64,000 nt of DNA, taken from contig NC_069001.1 of assembly GCF_001194135.2 (NCBI RefSeq), forward strand, positions 23,957,895-24,021,894. The letters are read 5' to 3'. Origin of the DNA: Octopus bimaculoides (Eukaryota). The position numbers and the translations under genes are program-made. The notes under the pieces were generated by a model. The model ran no database searches, was not told the DNA's origin, and saw only the letters and a program-made list of their open reading frames with translations. This document shows positions 27,391 to 39,359 of this stretch, in pieces (position 1 is the stretch's first letter; each line of letters opens with the position of its first letter).

Positions 27391-27880
27391 TCATCATCAT
27401 CATTTAACGTCTGTTTTCCATGCTGGCATGGGTTGGACGATTTGACTGGGGACTGGCGAACCAGATGGCTACACCAGACTCCAATTCTGATCTGGCAGAG
27501 TTTCTACAGCTGGATGCCCTTCCTAACACCAACCACTCCGAGAGTGTAGTGGGTGCTTTTTATGTAGCACGAGGGTCAGTCTGGTTGTACTGGCAACGGC
27601 CACGCTCAAATAGAGTTTTTTACATGCCACCTGCACAGGAGTCAGTCCAATGTTTCGTTCACATGCCACCGGCACAAGTGCCAGTAAGACGAAGCTGGAA
27701 ACGATTGTGCTCAAATGGTGCTATTTATGTGCCACCGGCACGGAAGCGACAGTGATCCTGCTCGGATGGTGCTGTTAGCACTCCACTGGCACAGGTGCCA
27801 GTCATCGAATTTGTTTCAGTTTTGATCTTACTTGCCTCAACAGGTCTTCACAAGCTGAGTTTAGTGTCCAGTGAAGGAAG
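27391..27880 (-). mobile_element. RTE LINE 3' UTR, tail-to-tail with the previous copy
   Basis: (CAT)n then the reverse complement of the same UTR. Confidence 0.85.
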
Positions 27881-28104
27881 GTTGGCATGGGTGCCAGTCA
27901 ACGAATTTGGTTCAATTTGCTGGCCACTTTTTTTCTATCTTCTAAAGAATATTTACCTGATATTCTAAGCTGTCTTCACAATCTCCCTGCTGTCAAGGCA
28001 TTCCTTTGTTTTCTGTCGAATACTGGCACACATGACATTTATCTGCTTCTTTACAAAATATATTTACTGAATATAATATGCATACAAATATATATATACA
28101 TGCA

Positions 28105-29384
28105 CAGGTGTAACAGGTAAATTGGGACAACATTCAAATGGGTATATTTCTAAGTGCATAGATTTTGGAGCCTAAATTTTAAATATTACTGGCTGGAATA
28201 ATCACTTGTATTATTTTATATCTCAGATTGAACAAATTATGAATGTTAATAAAGAATTAAACCATGGGAGTGTATTTGCCAAATCATTTTGCACCACCAA
28301 TAGTGCTGGGAAGTTTATTAGTGCCATCAAGTATGCCAAATCTACTGTTTTTAGAGTTGTAACCAATTTGAAAAATGTCAGGATGTTCTGAGAAAGCATC
28401 ACAGTTCTTGTAGTGACTAAAAACACATCCCTCACTTCTCAGCAGGACCTAAAAGATCAATCAAGTTAAACCCATCAAAATTGATGGCGAAATTGGTTCA
28501 AGATCAAGGAATCAGTAAAATGGCCATTTCTAGGCCTGTGAAACAAGACTTCTATATGAAATCTTGTATGAGGAAACGTCATAACATCCTAACTACCTGC
28601 TCCAAAGCCATTCAAGCTAGAAAAGTTCCAAACTTCTTAGCCATCTCAAACATCATGGCGAAGACGTCTGCATCTTTGTGGATGAAAAAAAGTTCTTGGT
28701 AGAGGAGTTGCAAACCATCAAAACTCACAAGTGATAGTGTATGCCCCTTCCCAAGTCTGTTGAGCTATGTATAGCATGAATTTGGCTTTCATTATTGTCT
28801 TTGGAGCTGTTGCAAATGATGGGAAATTGATGCTTCCTCATTTTATTGAAGTGGGTCTTAAAATCAACACAGCAAAGTATCTCAAAATCTTAGAAGAAGT
28901 TTTCTTGCCTTAGATTAGTAGGCATTATGATGCAAGTCAAGTCATGTTTGTACAGGTCTCCATGTCTGCTCATTCTTTGAAAAGAGTGCAAGAATTTTTG
29001 AAGAAGGAATTGCCCATGTCCGGTCCCTAAAAATATCTGGCCCTCTAGCTCACCAGATTTGTTATCTGTGTGATTTTGGCTATGAAGTGCAGTTGAAGCA
29101 ATATCCAGTGTAACTTCTCACAGCTGTTTGTCTTCACTGAAGGCTTTGATCAAGTGAGCATTTGGTAAAATGAAAAAGGAAGAAATAGTTAAGGCATGCA
29201 TATCATTTCGTAAATGGATTGGATTGGTAAAGAAAGCAAATGGTGGTCACATTGAACTGAAATAAATGCTAAACACTCCACAATAAATTGGCATAAACAT
29301 AAAATTTGCAGTATTTGATTATTTTCAGTTATACTGATTATAATGAAGATATTTAAATGCTCTCAATTTACCTGTTACACCCTG
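28105..29384 (+). mobile_element. Decayed Tc1/mariner (IS630-Tc1-mariner, maT-like) DNA transposon
   Basis: TIRs CAGGTGTAACAGGTAAATTG versus reverse complement CAGGGTGTAACAGGTAAATTG. Transposase remnants FVDEKKF, LKINTAKYLKILEEVFLP, VQEFLK and IWPSSSPDL, broken by stops and frameshifts. Confidence 0.85.
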
Positions 29385-29414
29385 AAGTACTGGCAGAATG
29401 ATATTCTAATAATA

Positions 29415-29839
29415 AGGCGACGAGCTGGCAGAAACATTAGCACTTGGGCGAAATGCTTAGCGGTATTTCGTCTGCCGTTATGTTCTGAGTTCAAATTCTG
29501 CCGAGGTCGACTTTGCCTTTCATCCTTTTGGGGTCAATAAATTAAGTACTAGTTATGCACTGGGGTTGATATAATCAACTTAATCTCTTTGCCTGTCCTT
29601 GTTTGTCCCCTCTATGCTTAGCCCCGTGTGGGCAATGAAGAAATAAGAAACGTTAGCACTTGGGGAGAAATGCTTAGTAGTATTTCATCTGTCTTTACAT
29701 TCTGAGTTCAAATTCCGCTGAGGTCAATTTTGCTTTTCATCCTTTTGGGGGTCGATAAATTAAGTACCAGTTGAGTACTGGGGGGTTGATCTAATCAACT
29801 CCTCCTGCAAAATTTCAGGCCTTGTGCCTAGAGTAGAAA
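29415..29839 (+). mobile_element. Dimeric SINE family B (two units with different tails) flanked by a 20-bp direct repeat
   Basis: AGAATGATATTCTAATAATA (29395-29414) versus AGAATGATATTCTGATAATA (29840-29859). Confidence 0.8.
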
Positions 29840-29999
29840 AGAATGATATTCTGATAATATATGCAGTTAATTGGACCCAACTGAGTATATAATCCACTCT
29901 TGAGCTAGTCAAACATGTACTTTTTATTCAATACCCAGTCCATAATAGACTTCAGAATATGCGATGGGCATGTTCCGAGATAGGTGAATTAAAAATAAA

Positions 30000-30149
30000 T
30001 AAGTAACAATTGATGGACAGGTGTCAATTCATTACAGCTGTTGTTAGCAAGTCTTTTTTTTATAATGATATAATGTACTCATTGACTAATTAAAAAATTT
30101 GTTAGAAGCAGCTGTAATGAATTGACACCAGTCCATCAATTGTTACTTA
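30000..30149. repeat. Short inverted repeat, ~50-bp arms with ~48-bp spacer (MITE-like)
   Basis: TAAGTAACAATTGATGGACAGGTGTCAATTCATTACAGCTG is matched by its reverse complement ending at 30149 with one mismatch in the first 41 nt. Confidence 0.9.
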
Positions 30150-30188
30150 CACACTCACACACACACACGCACACACACACATACATAC

Positions 30189-30224
<36 letters not shown>

Positions 30225-30401
30225 ATGTATAGATTCATATGCTGGCCTGCTAGCCTAGCTAGCAGAGTGGCACCATTTGAAGGCTAAAGCAATGTAAAAG
30301 TGCTCTGTGACTAGCGTTGTGCAACAACACCTGAGAGCTGAGTTGCTCATTTTATCATGTCATATGTAGATAGATAGAGTGATAGACATATAGATAGATA
30401 G

Positions 30402-30460
<59 letters not shown>

Positions 30461-30519
30461 CATACATACATAAGAGATGTTGAATCTTTATCATTATAAT
30501 CAAATATTCTTTTCTACGC

Positions 30520-30730
30520 TAGGCACAAAGCCCGAAATGTTTTGGGGTAGGGGGATGCAGTCGATTAGATCAACCCCAGTATGCAACTGGTACTTAATTT
30601 ATCGATGCTGAAAGGATGAAAGGCTAAGTCGACCTCAACAGAATTTGAACTCAGAATATAAAGGCAGAACAAATACTGCTAAGTATTTCGCCTGGAATGC
30701 TAACGTTTTTTCCAGCTTGCTGCCTTTAAC
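30520..30730 (-). mobile_element. SINE family B variant
   Basis: Reverse complement of the family core and B box. Confidence 0.75.
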
Positions 30731-31602
30731 CAAATATTCACCAAAGCAACACACTAACCACATGTACATGTGGCATTATCCTTATATAAATTCCCAGAAA
30801 ATTGAAGCTAAAAAAGCTAGAAACTCAATTTATGGATATTGACCGCTCAAAGATATTTCTCATCAAATCTCCAAAATGCAATGCATTTCCACGAATGTAC
30901 TTAAATCCTCTATTAGAAAGAATTATTGATTCGTCTGTTTAGTTCTGATCTTTATCTATAATGTTACATTTAGAAATGTACAATGTTTAGCCATCTAACA
31001 CAAGAAATATTGTCTTTTGTTACTGGGGTTATTTTTTTTTAATATCTTTCAACTTTCGTGTTTTTCACTTTCAATTTTTTATTTTTTGTAAAAATATGTA
31101 TTATTGTCCCGTATCAATAGCAGAAATGGCTTAAACAGATTGCATTTCATTTCAATAATTTCCATGTATATATGTATATATATATATATATATATNNNNN
31201 NNNNNNNNNNNNNNNACATGTGTGTCTATATATATATGTACACATACATATAAGTACATACATATACATGTGTGTCTATATATATATGTATGCACACACA
31301 TGCATATTGCAGTTGCGGAAACATGAATGTTTGTGTTTGAGTGTATATGTATTAGCTTATATGTGTGCATGTGTATGTTATTTTTGTGGGTGTAATGCAG
31401 TTTTATGTATTATTTTTATCAAATGTAGAAATCAGAAAGTTTTTAAGGATATCATTTTATCTATTAAATTTATGAAAATGCAAAATTTGTAAAATACACA
31501 CACACATATAAATATATGCATACACATATCTGCCTGTGCAGATATACTTAAATATGTAATTATATATATATTCATGTGTGAGTGTGTGTATCTATGTGTC
31601 TA

Positions 31603-31645
<43 letters not shown>

Positions 31646-32039
31646 TCTATACTGTTTTCTCCCCCTATTGTTTTCCTTCACATCCTTTCTCTAATTCCTT
31701 TTATTCTCCCCTTCACCGTTGTCTATCTGTCTCTCTCTGTCTCCCCCTCTTTCTCCTTTACTCTCTCTCATTGCTCACACATGACCATCGTCCATCTTTC
31801 ATTTCCTTACGTGATTATCTTTCTTTTCTTTCAGGGATGTCCTAAAAACTGGGCGTATCCTGTCTCTCTCTTCTATCTTTACCCTCGCTCTGGCCTGTTT
31901 TTGTTTGGTTTCCTTGTATGACACCACAGTCCTGGTTTTGTTTCCAACTTTGACCCTTGAGGCTTGGTGAGTATGTATCTGTAACATTTTCTGGTCTTCT
32001 ATATACTGCCTATGCAGAAGTTGATAGAAACTGGGTAAA

Positions 32040-32633
32040 ACATTTGTGCATAAGCAAACTAATATAATTTTTTACCTTACTTTTGAGCAATCTGTTGATT
32101 GCATGATATTTAGTTTTTCAGAGATACAGAATTCACATTTGGTACCTTGTCCTCTGTATTTTATGGCTTTAGCAATGATGTCCCATTCTATCTGGGAATC
32201 ACTAATTCCACCTTCTTTCACTGTTTGTAACATACTGCCTTCTTTTCTTATACTTTTGTCTCCGAATGATGCCAAGTGTTGTGTGTATCTTTCGTTAAAT
32301 GAGTTGCCCATCATTACAATATATGTTTTTGCTACTCCAATGGTATTTGTGATTTTAGCCTTGAATGCAAGTTCTTTTTCAAGATAGTTGTTGTTTAGAG
32401 GGCAGTGGTTTGGAAATCTGAATTTGCATTGTCTTTTGGGGGTATCTCTGGTGTGTTTATCTTTATTGTGGTTGAGTATTATTGACCCTATATTGGGAGG
32501 CAACTATAGCAACTTTAACAGTGTTTCTGTTGAAAATCTTTTGGGAAGTGGTTGCTTATTAATTTTAAGAATTTCCTAGTTATAGTAGTGGCTACATTCA
32601 TGCTATAAGGTGGGTTAAACCATAAAATTGTAT
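32040..32633 (-). pseudogene. Penelope-like element, late RT/linker plus GIY-YIG endonuclease remnant
   Basis: TILWFNPPYSMNVATTITRKFLKLISNHFPK, then KIFNRNTVKV.YSC, PNIGSII, CKF...CPLNNNYL, KTYIVMMGNSFNERYTQHLASF, IEWDIIAKA and CEFCISEKL, with frameshifts. Confidence 0.9.
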
Positions 32634-33197
32634 GGGATGAACTACAATAATTCAGTCTCTTTTCCCATTCAGTTAGTTTGATTATTTTCCTCTTATTTTA
32701 TTGAAGATTAAAAAAAAAAAAATAATAATCATAAAAAATTTATATGGGTGCAGGCATTGCTGTGTGGTAAGAAGTTTCCCTCCCAGTCACATGGTTCTAG
32801 GTTCGGTCCCACAGCACGGCACCTTGGGCAAGTGTCCTCTACTATAGCTTGAGCAGACGAAAACCTCAAGAGTGGATTTTGTTGACAGAAACTGAAAGAG
32901 GCCCATCATATCATGATGATGATGATGATATGATGGGCTTCTTTCAGTTTCTGTCAACAAAATCCACTCTTGAGGTTTTCATCTGCTCAAGCTATAGTAG
33001 AGGACACTTGCCCAAGGTGCCGTGCTGTGGGACCGAACCTAGAACCATGTGACTGGGAGGGAAACTTCTTACCACCCTAACCCATATAAATTTATTATTA
33101 TTATTATTATTTTTTTTTTTCATCTTCAATAAAATAAGAGGAAAATAATCAAAATAACTGAATGGGAAAAAGAGACTGAATTATTGTAGTTCATCCC
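32634..33197. repeat. 564-bp near-perfect palindrome (unique DNA plus SINE A half in each arm)
   Basis: Arms of ~280 nt centred on CATCATATCATGATGATGATGATGATATGATG. Only two substitutions over the ~150-nt SINE portion. Confidence 0.95.
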
Positions 33198-34182
33198 TGA
33201 AGTTCCTATTTCGAACATTTTAAACCAAGTCATTTGAGATGATGAGGAAAGAAGGTTAATGATCAAAGAATTCTTATCTCTGTTGATGCTGTGTTTCACT
33301 GAAGTATCAGGCAATGTTTGTGAATGTACTTGTCTGTACACTTTGATAAAAGAGTCATAATTATTTTGGATGCCCCAAAATATTTCAGATGGGAAAACTA
33401 GAATTCTTTGCAATGGGCATGGTTTGTAATGTAGATTATGTGTACACATCTAGTACAGTATATTTATTTAATGTTAATTTGCTATGCATTCCAACTCTCA
33501 TTTACCCTCTTTTGTAAATTTTATTAACTGACAGTTTCACAATTAATTACAATAAAAAAAATTACATAAATAGAGGAAAATTTCAAATAATTAAGAAATG
33601 TTTGCATATGTTATTTACTATATCTCATAACTTAATTACTGTTGATTTGGGTCAGTATAGGTCTTCTGTAATTGGTAATATCTCTTGTCAAAATAATATA
33701 AACTTCAATGTTTAAAACATTATCAATATTTGTTTGTTAGTGTTTTACAGTGAAGTTACTGATTATGCCTGCTCGTATGCCAAAAATACCATTGAACTAT
33801 GTTGAAAATGATATGTTAAAATAATATTTTATGTCATTACTGTCTCTTTTAAATGTTAAATGAATTAGTAGATAAAATAGAAAAAAACTTATTCCTATTC
33901 ATTCCTCTGTTTTGTCATTAATATTAGCAGTGTCCTTTAGTGACCCTAGCACTTTTTCAAACATGCCAGAGTGTTTGGGTGTATGTTTGAGTACAAGTGT
34001 GCTTATATGTATAAATGTGTGTGTGTGTGTGTGTATTTATGTCTATAGATATATATATGTATATTTGTGTATATATANNNNNNNNNNNNNNNNNNNNNNN
34101 NNNNNNNNNNNNNNNNNNNNNNNNNNNNNNNNNNNNNNNNNNNNNNNNNNNNNNNNNNNNNNNNNNNNNNNNNNNNNNNNNN

Positions 34183-34520
34183 ATATATGGTGGTTGTCTA
34201 CTCCTTAAACAGAGTTTGACCACCTCCTGTACCTACACCTTAGCCCTTTCATGGCGTCTGATGTGGCTTTTTAAACCAGACAGTGTTTTGAAAAAACACC
34301 CACACAGATTGCACCTCTGATTTGCACTACCAATACCTGCAAGTAAGTTCTGCTCATTGTGGATCCTAACATGTCTTTTAAGACCCCCATTGGATTTGCA
34401 AACCCTCTGGCACACACCACATTCAAACGTGTGCACAGACATATAATCAGAATAGCTGGATGAGGTTTGTTTTCCATGGGTTCGCAGGTGAGATTTGAGG
34501 CCAGCCAAGGACAGACATAT
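34183..34520 (-). mobile_element. RTE-clade LINE 3' end encoding tandem C2H2 zinc-finger-like motifs
   Basis: SLAGLKSHLRTH, CGVCQRVCKSNGGLKRHVRIH and CNLCGCFFKTLSGLKSHIRRH. No TGEKP linkers. Short 3' UTR, bounded by (TA)n on both sides. Confidence 0.7.
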
Positions 34521-34684
34521 ATATATGTATGTATGTATGTGTGCGTGTATGTGTGTGCCTATATGTATGTATTGAGTTGCCTTTCTTTGTGGCATATTGA
34601 TGAGCAGAGAGGTGGTTAGTACTTGGCTCTGCGATATCATCTTCAGCAACGGAAAATGCCAGACAAAATACATGCTCACACACA

Positions 34685-34726
<42 letters not shown>

Positions 34727-34869
34727 GGGGAGAGAGATGAAACAAAGGCAACTCAACACATTGAATGCCAGATATTGTTCTGCCTGCTTTCCTCAAACAT
34801 TAACGCTTTATCTCTTAGCATAATACCACTTTCTTCTCTACTGTAATCCCACCCAATCGAAGGGGGTCT

Positions 34870-35130
34870 TAGCCCTGCAGGCTGCTGCAAGGTAGCTTCA
34901 GTAGTGCTGTTGCTATGAAAGAGAATACCCAGTATATTCTGTAAAGTGGTTAGTGTTAGGAATGGCATCCAGTCATAGAAACCATGCTGAAACAGACTCT
35001 GAGGAATGTTGTTGTCCTTCCTTTGCCTTGTAAGATCCTTTCGATGGGATTTCACAGGTCCAAGATCACTCCTACCCATGCTAAAATGGAGCGTGGGTTT
35101 TAAATGGTGATGATGATGAAAATGATAATG
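34870..35130 (+). mobile_element. RTE LINE 3' UTR fragment
   Basis: GTTAGGAATGGCATCCAG core and (GAT)n tail. Confidence 0.65.
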
Positions 35131-35549
35131 ATTATGATGATGATAATGAAAATGATAATGTTTACGATGATGAGGATGATGATGATGATGTGTGTGTGTG
35201 TGTTTGTATGTGCATGCACGTGTGTGTATATATGTGTGTATTTGTGTGTTTATATGCAGGTGCTTCTCAGGAAAATGAAATATAATGCAAAAATTGGATA
35301 CTTGTTTACAAGTCAAATTTTGACTCTTTAAACCTGAATTGATTTATTCCCAGAATTTTGTAGATATAAACAAACATTTTGAGTTTCCATGCCGAGATCA
35401 TTCAATATTTAATATCATAAAATGTTAGAATGTAATGTCTGAACATCGGAAAGATATTCTTTTATTCTTTTATTCTTTTACTGGTTTTAGTAATTTGACT
35501 GCATCCATGCTGGAGCAATGCCTTAAGAATAATGCCTTAAGAACAATGC

Positions 35550-35599
35550 CTTCCTGTTGGGGCATCAAACCCCGGTCTCCTGCATGACAGGTGGGGATA
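35550..35599 (-). pseudogene. tRNA-Asp(GTC) 3' fragment, pseudogene
   Basis: About 42/50 identical to the reverse complement of the eukaryotic tRNA-Asp 3' portion as I recall it (CTCCCCGTCGGGGAATCGAACCCCGGTCTCCCGCGTGACAGGCGGGGATA). Most mismatches are CpG transitions. Anticodon at 35586-35588; D-arm absent. Confidence 0.8.
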
Positions 35600-36360
35600 G
35601 GATCTTCATGATTGAGTAATTTGGTCAAAAATTAAAAGGTCGGAATAACAATTAGCGCGTTGTTGTAATTACATTGACATTAATGACTGCCTAAATTCTC
35701 ACTAACTCAGAGAAAAACCAGTATCTGAGAATTTTCAGAGTTTCGTCAGTGAACAGGTCAAGGTTCCAAAGCCAAGAAAATATTTTGACACAATTGAAGT
35801 TTTTAATGTTGAAGTGAAACTAACGGTTTTTGAGTGTTCTTGAATGGTTTACACACACCTTCCATGCTACAATTGTTTTTGTTTCAGCTCACGATCTTAG
35901 ATCAAGTCACTTGCTATGCAAGTACATCTCTGTAATTTTCTAAATCACTGTGGATAAATGCCAGCAATGACCTACTCAGACTCTCCAGTATTTTAATTTC
36001 TAAACAGAAACAATCGGGGACAGGGAGTGGGGTTGCAAAAATTCATAATTTCTCAAAGTTTCTTTTTTATAGCATGTAAATATATTTATAGGGAAAAATA
36101 TTGAAAAACATGAATACATATGAGAGCGAAAAAGAAACGAAGAGGGTTGTCTTTGGATGTGCTAGAAACAACAGACAAATCACCCTTAAATCATTTTTCC
36201 CTCTGAAAATATTAACAATTAAAAAAAAAAATTACTGAAAATGCTCTTCCCATGGTTTTGAAGGGCAAAAAAATAAATTGGCCAAAAGAGGTCCAGAGTG
36301 GAATGATGAGGGAGAGGTTGTGAAAAAGAGAGTTTTCAAAACGTTTTCATACAAAGATAA

Positions 36361-36476
36361 CCCCACCAACCCTATCATCACTTCGATGGCTGTGGTTTTA
36401 AAAAAATGGGGAAAATCCCCACCAACCCTATCATCACTTCAATGGCTGTGGTTTTAAAAAAATGGGGAAAATCCCC
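36361..36476. repeat. 56-bp tandem duplication
   Basis: CCCCACCAACCCTATCATCACTTC(G/A)ATGGCTGTGG...GGGGAAAAT occurs twice. Confidence 0.9.
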
Positions 36477-36552
36477 GAAAATATTTCCCCCACAAATTTC
36501 TCTATAATCATAATCTATGCCTTTTGAAAGGGATTTGTATAAATTTTTATTC

Positions 36553-36788
36553 AAAGATATCCATCTTCCTGAAAGTCACAAGACAAAACGTCAGATCGTG
36601 TGAATGTTCCAAAACTCCTCTCTCCACCCCTCGGAAAAATTTTTTCTCACAAATTCCTATATTTCTCACAAATCCTGTATATAGGGATTTGTGAGAAAGA
36701 ATTTTTCTGAGGGGTGGAGAGAAGAGTCTTGGAACATTCAAACAATCTGACTGTTTTCCTTGTAACTTTCAGGAAGATGGATATCTTT
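36553..36788. repeat. Long imperfect hairpin (~108-bp arms, ~20-nt loop)
   Basis: AAAGATATCCATCTTCCTGAAAGT...CTCACAAATTCCTAT pairs with ATAGGGATTTGTGAG...ACTTTCAGGAAGATGGATATCTTT. Confidence 0.9.
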
Positions 36789-37333
36789 TAAGCGGTATTT
36801 ACATCTAAGTGGTATGGATATCTTTTAAGCAGTATTTACTGCTTAAAAGATGGATATCTTTTTAGCATTATTTATATCTAAGTGGTATTTGTAGAACATT
36901 TTTTTAAAAAGTATCCATTTTCTAGACATTATGAGGCAACAAAGTCGGGGGCATATACAACTGTGGTAATGCCCTTTAATTTATATGATTTTTTCATTTC
37001 ATGTTTATTTCATTTATTGTTTGCAATCTTCTCTCTCTCTCTCACACATGCACACACACACTGCAAAGCTTACAGATGAGCTGCTGAATCAAAATCCCTA
37101 TGCTGCTTTGAGGGGAAGGTAAAACTTGTCAAACTGCTTCTCCCTCTGTTATTGGACTACCATGATGTTTGTTTAAAAGAAGTGAGAAAATAATGAAAGC
37201 AATACTTACTAAGCACTATTATACAAAGAAATAATTAGACATGAAATATAAAAATTATGAGAAATTGGAATCAAATGTGGAAATGTTATCAAGGGGCTAG
37301 CAGAAAACCGCACAGAGGGTGGTCTTTCTGCTA

Positions 37334-37334
<1 letters not shown>

Positions 37335-37367
<33 letters not shown>

Positions 37368-37662
37368 GACGAAGAACAAGAAGGAGGAGGAGTAGAAAAA
37401 GAAGGGGAAGGAGAAGAAGAAGGAGGAGAAGAAGAAGGGGTTGAAGAAAAAGGAGGAGGAGAAGTAGAAAAAGGAGGAGGGGAAAAAGAAGGAGGAGGAG
37501 AAGAAGAAAAAGGAGGAGGGGAAAAGAAGGAGGAGGAGAAAAAGAAGAGGAAGATGAAGCAGAAGAAAGAGACAAAGAAAGAGAAAAAGAAGATGAAGAA
37601 GGAGGATGGGGAGGAGGAGGAGGAAGAAGAAGAAGAAGAAGAAGAAGAAGAAGAAGAAGAAG
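37335..37662. repeat. (TAA)n plus (GAA/GGA)n microsatellite
   Basis: Direct reading. Confidence 0.95.
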
Positions 37663-38034
37663 GATTAAATTAAGTCAAAATGCATTTGTTTTTGGCATGC
37701 TAACCTTTCCACAAAATATTTATTGCTGAAATTTTGTTAAAATTCAGAAATCTATTTTTGTTCTAGGAAAGGTCAAAAATCTGTCAGTATTAACAATTTT
37801 GACATTTGTTGAGACAGTATTTAATGTGGAAGATAATTTGGTAAATTTTGTGTAGAATTTATAATGCACATGATCACAATGATGCCAATGATGGTGTTGA
37901 TGATGAGTAATACCAAAGCTAAAAAGAAATATTGGTTAATTGCTTTTTTTCCTAACGATTGGAGTAGTGAGAAAGTCAGAGCACTGACGTATGAACTATG
38001 ATGGTAATTATTGTCTCAGTGAGTATTAGCAGTG

Positions 38035-38290
38035 TTTGTGGCTGTGTGGTAAGAAGTTTGCTTCCCAGCCACTGGGTTCTGGGTTCAGTCCTACTGCATG
38101 GCACTTTGGGCAAGTGTCTTGTACTGTAGCCTCAGGCCAATCAAAGCCCTGTGAGCAGATTTGGTAGATGGAAGCTGGCAGAAACACAAGGCTTTGGTCG
38201 GTCAAGGGCTATAGTAGAAGACAATTGCCCAAGATGTCATGCAATGGGACTGAACCCGGAACCATATGGTTGGGAAGCAAGCATCTTACC
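38035..38290. mobile_element. Two inverted, mutually diverged SINE A 5' halves
   Basis: Plus copy at ~38035-38180 and minus copy at ~38185-38290, carrying different private mutations. Confidence 0.75.
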
Positions 38291-39359
38291 TCAGAGCTGT
38301 GTTTGTGTCTATGTCTGAAAACAGTTGCTTCTTGTGATGAGTGTTATAATAGGACAATGACAATCCTTTTGAAACCAACATGTCTTGGTTCTATGATACC
38401 AAATTCCTTGTTTTAATGTGTTCTGAATTATCCTATCAGGATTTCACATTAATTTAAGTTCCGAACACCAGTTTAATAATGACAAAGTTATTTTACTAAA
38501 TTTTTCATTATTTTCAAAATTAATTGAAACAATAGCAGTGTATCTCAACAGAAACAGAGTAACAAGAGAGGTAAACTCTAAGCTATACTTAACAATACAT
38601 GAATCATATCTCTTCTGTAAGAGGCAATATAGATAATCTAATTTAACTATGAGAGAGAGAGAGAGAGTGGAAGAAAGGGACATGGAGAAAGGGGAGAAAA
38701 GGAGAGAGAGTAGCTAATGCAAATTTTGCACATTCTATTAAATTAATTATAAGAGAGAGAATGAAGTTAATTTAATTTCTACATGTTATGAAACAAGAGC
38801 TAACAGCTAAATCTCAAGACCACTAATGTTGGTTATTCTGAATTGGCAAAAGTCATTTCATTAAAGATTTCGAAAACAGATAATATTTTATCAGAAGAGA
38901 ATTCCAACATTTTAGGCAGAGCCTTTCATCAAAGAATCTCTCTGAAGAACAACTTTGTTTGGAAATGGTATAATGAAGCATTACAATCACAGGAAAAGTT
39001 TATCAAATGCATATTAATCCTTCCTTTGCTATATTTCTTATGAAACACACAGCTTCTACATAAATTAAACAGGTGATAGATTTAATGAACTGCCTTGATT
39101 AACATCTCCATCTGGACCGTCAGTGAATTTTGTAGGGTCCGCTCTATTAGAAGATTTCGTCCCGATGTGTCCATCTGTGGATAGCATCTTCACAGCAATC
39201 AGAAGTCTGAAGAAAGAATTTGCTCAAATTACTACAAATTGGGACAGAATGCTCAGAGGTGCATAGGGGTATAAAGGGATCTTCTTAAGCATCTAGACCT
39301 GTCTGTACCCATAATAGTAGAGCAACAGAATGACTACAGGGAAATACTATCTCTTATCT

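Noticed and set aside
33070-33085. Single CCCTAA (TTAGGG) hexamer at the asymmetric point of the palindrome
   Set aside because: One hexamer is not evidence of telomerase-mediated healing.
33280-33420. KRVIIILDAPK / SDGKTRIL, resembling a pogo/Tigger DDE fragment
   Set aside because: Only two short motifs across frameshifts and no TIRs found.
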